Positions 62,624 through 64,000 of a stretch of 64,000 nt of DNA are shown here, piece by piece. Source of the DNA: Vicugna vicugna (taxonomy: Eukaryota); NCBI GenBank assembly GCA_013265495.1, contig MU058289.1, positions 1,671,451-1,735,450 of the forward strand, read 5' to 3'. The notes under the pieces are model-generated. The model did not search any database and was not told where the DNA came from. It worked only from the letters and a program-made list of their open reading frames with translations. The number at the start of each line of letters is the position of its first letter. The first letter of the stretch is position 1. A program made the translations under genes and the position numbers.

Positions 62624-64000
62624 TTTATGGAGAGTCTTAATGACTCCCTCTGATTTCCAATTATATCAGAAAGTATCTTTTCAAACAATAGTTTCCCTTT
62701 CACGAAGGCCTCAACCTACTGCGATCAGTTTATCTGTCATGCCTGTGCAGTCCACTTGGTAGAATTTCTAATATTTTGCAGAATTATGTTGTTTCTCCCC
62801 CTGAAAAAGCCAATATCATAACAGAAGTGTCATTATACAAAATATTAATAGATTTTCCCAATATCAGTATTATACACAAAGATATTTCAGGCATACAGAA
62901 TGTTACATCTACAAGGCTTTAACATAAAAATGTCCTTGGCTCGGGACTCACAGTAAAAGTGTAATAGTAAAGCTAAATTAATTTCACGGTAATTTATCAT
63001 CCTGAAAATTTAAAGTGGGAGGAGGTGAAGGGTCTTTCAGTCAAGTACCTTTACCATATCTTCCAACAAGAACTGAAAGCTGAGGGTTCGTGAAAACCAA
63101 CTGAAGGATGGTATGTCTGGGTAAACTTATAAGGAATTTTTTCCCCCCAAAATCCACATACTTCATCAAGCCAATAGACGTTGGGTCCCAACAACACTGG
63201 CACCTTCAAAAGATTCGGTTTTCAGATGAAGCAACTGAGGCCTACAGGGAGGACCTTTCGAGAGCACCAGGCAGCAGCTGGAATGGTCATCTCGGGCAAG
63301 CAGGACTCCCACACCTTGCTTGCTGGCCTTTAAGATCCTGAAAGCTGGGGGCATCTCATCCCCTCCCACGTCAGACCTCTGTGCCTAGCCTGCTGTGTGA
63401 CAAGGAAAGAGCCATGTGGCCCCTCTGTCCTAGCCTTCAGAGAGCAGAGAGGACCACACATATCAGGAGACAGACAGCAGAAGCCCTTGCCTGGGTTTCT
63501 GAATAAGCATCGCCAGCCTTCCCAAAGCATCCCTCATCCTCTATGTTATTTCATAGAATGATCTGGTAAGGAATTCCTCCTCTTTACAAGACCTCTAGGG
63601 ATGGCTAGAAAATCATCTCCAACCATTTCACCTGGAAATCTCCAAGGGGGACACGCAGGTCCTGTTGTGTTTTCAGCAGCTTTGCAGTTTTCAGCTGCTC
63701 TTTGGTATGTTTCTCAGTCCTGTGCTTTTCTTCATTTCCCCCAAGTGATTCATTAGTATTTTTCCTGTTGTACTGGGTTACGGTTAATATCCAAATTAAT
63801 AGTCAAGGAAGCATCCAAATTTAGGGCAGCAGCTTTTCTACAGGAAATTGGGTGTTATTTTCTTTCCTAACAAAACCATTTAGATGGATTTTTAATTTTT
63901 TAATTTGGTTTTGAAATAGCTTCATTGTTTTTATGTGTTTATGAAATGAAAGACATACTTCTTACAAAATGTTATGAAAATCTCCAAAAATACAAAGAGA

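Overview
Mammalian, AT-rich, repeat-dense non-coding DNA. The lineage is almost certainly camelid (camel/alpaca/llama), judged from eight tRNA-Ala-derived SINE copies (Vic-1-like) and many short 3' ends of an artiodactyl-type L1. I can support no protein-coding exon: the supplied ORFs are short chance frames, decayed L1/L2 ORF2 remnants or microsatellite translations. Young L1 ends (10 of 11) and SINEs (6 of 8) lie mostly on the minus strand, which suggests a large intron of a gene transcribed on the plus strand; the gene is not identified. The window holds old eutherian repeats (MIR, L2, L1M, MLT1, MER21/74, MER45/58/63, MADE2) overlaid by younger insertions with visible target-site duplications (TSDs). 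The main observations are: (1) a ~1.1 kb polyadenylated insert with a perfect 17-bp TSD, containing a nested L1 that carries a perfect 13x13-nt GAA-type purine array; (2) a solo ERV1-type LTR with six CCAATCAG boxes and two octamers upstream of a TATA box; (3) a divergent pair of near-consensus CTCF motifs; (4) a MADE2 hairpin that pairs fully on the plus strand; (5) a short inverted templated insertion inside an old L1. I found no evidence for a novel multi-gene system. Repeat subfamily names come from recalled consensus sequences and need RepeatMasker/Dfam confirmation. Boundaries without a TSD are approximate.
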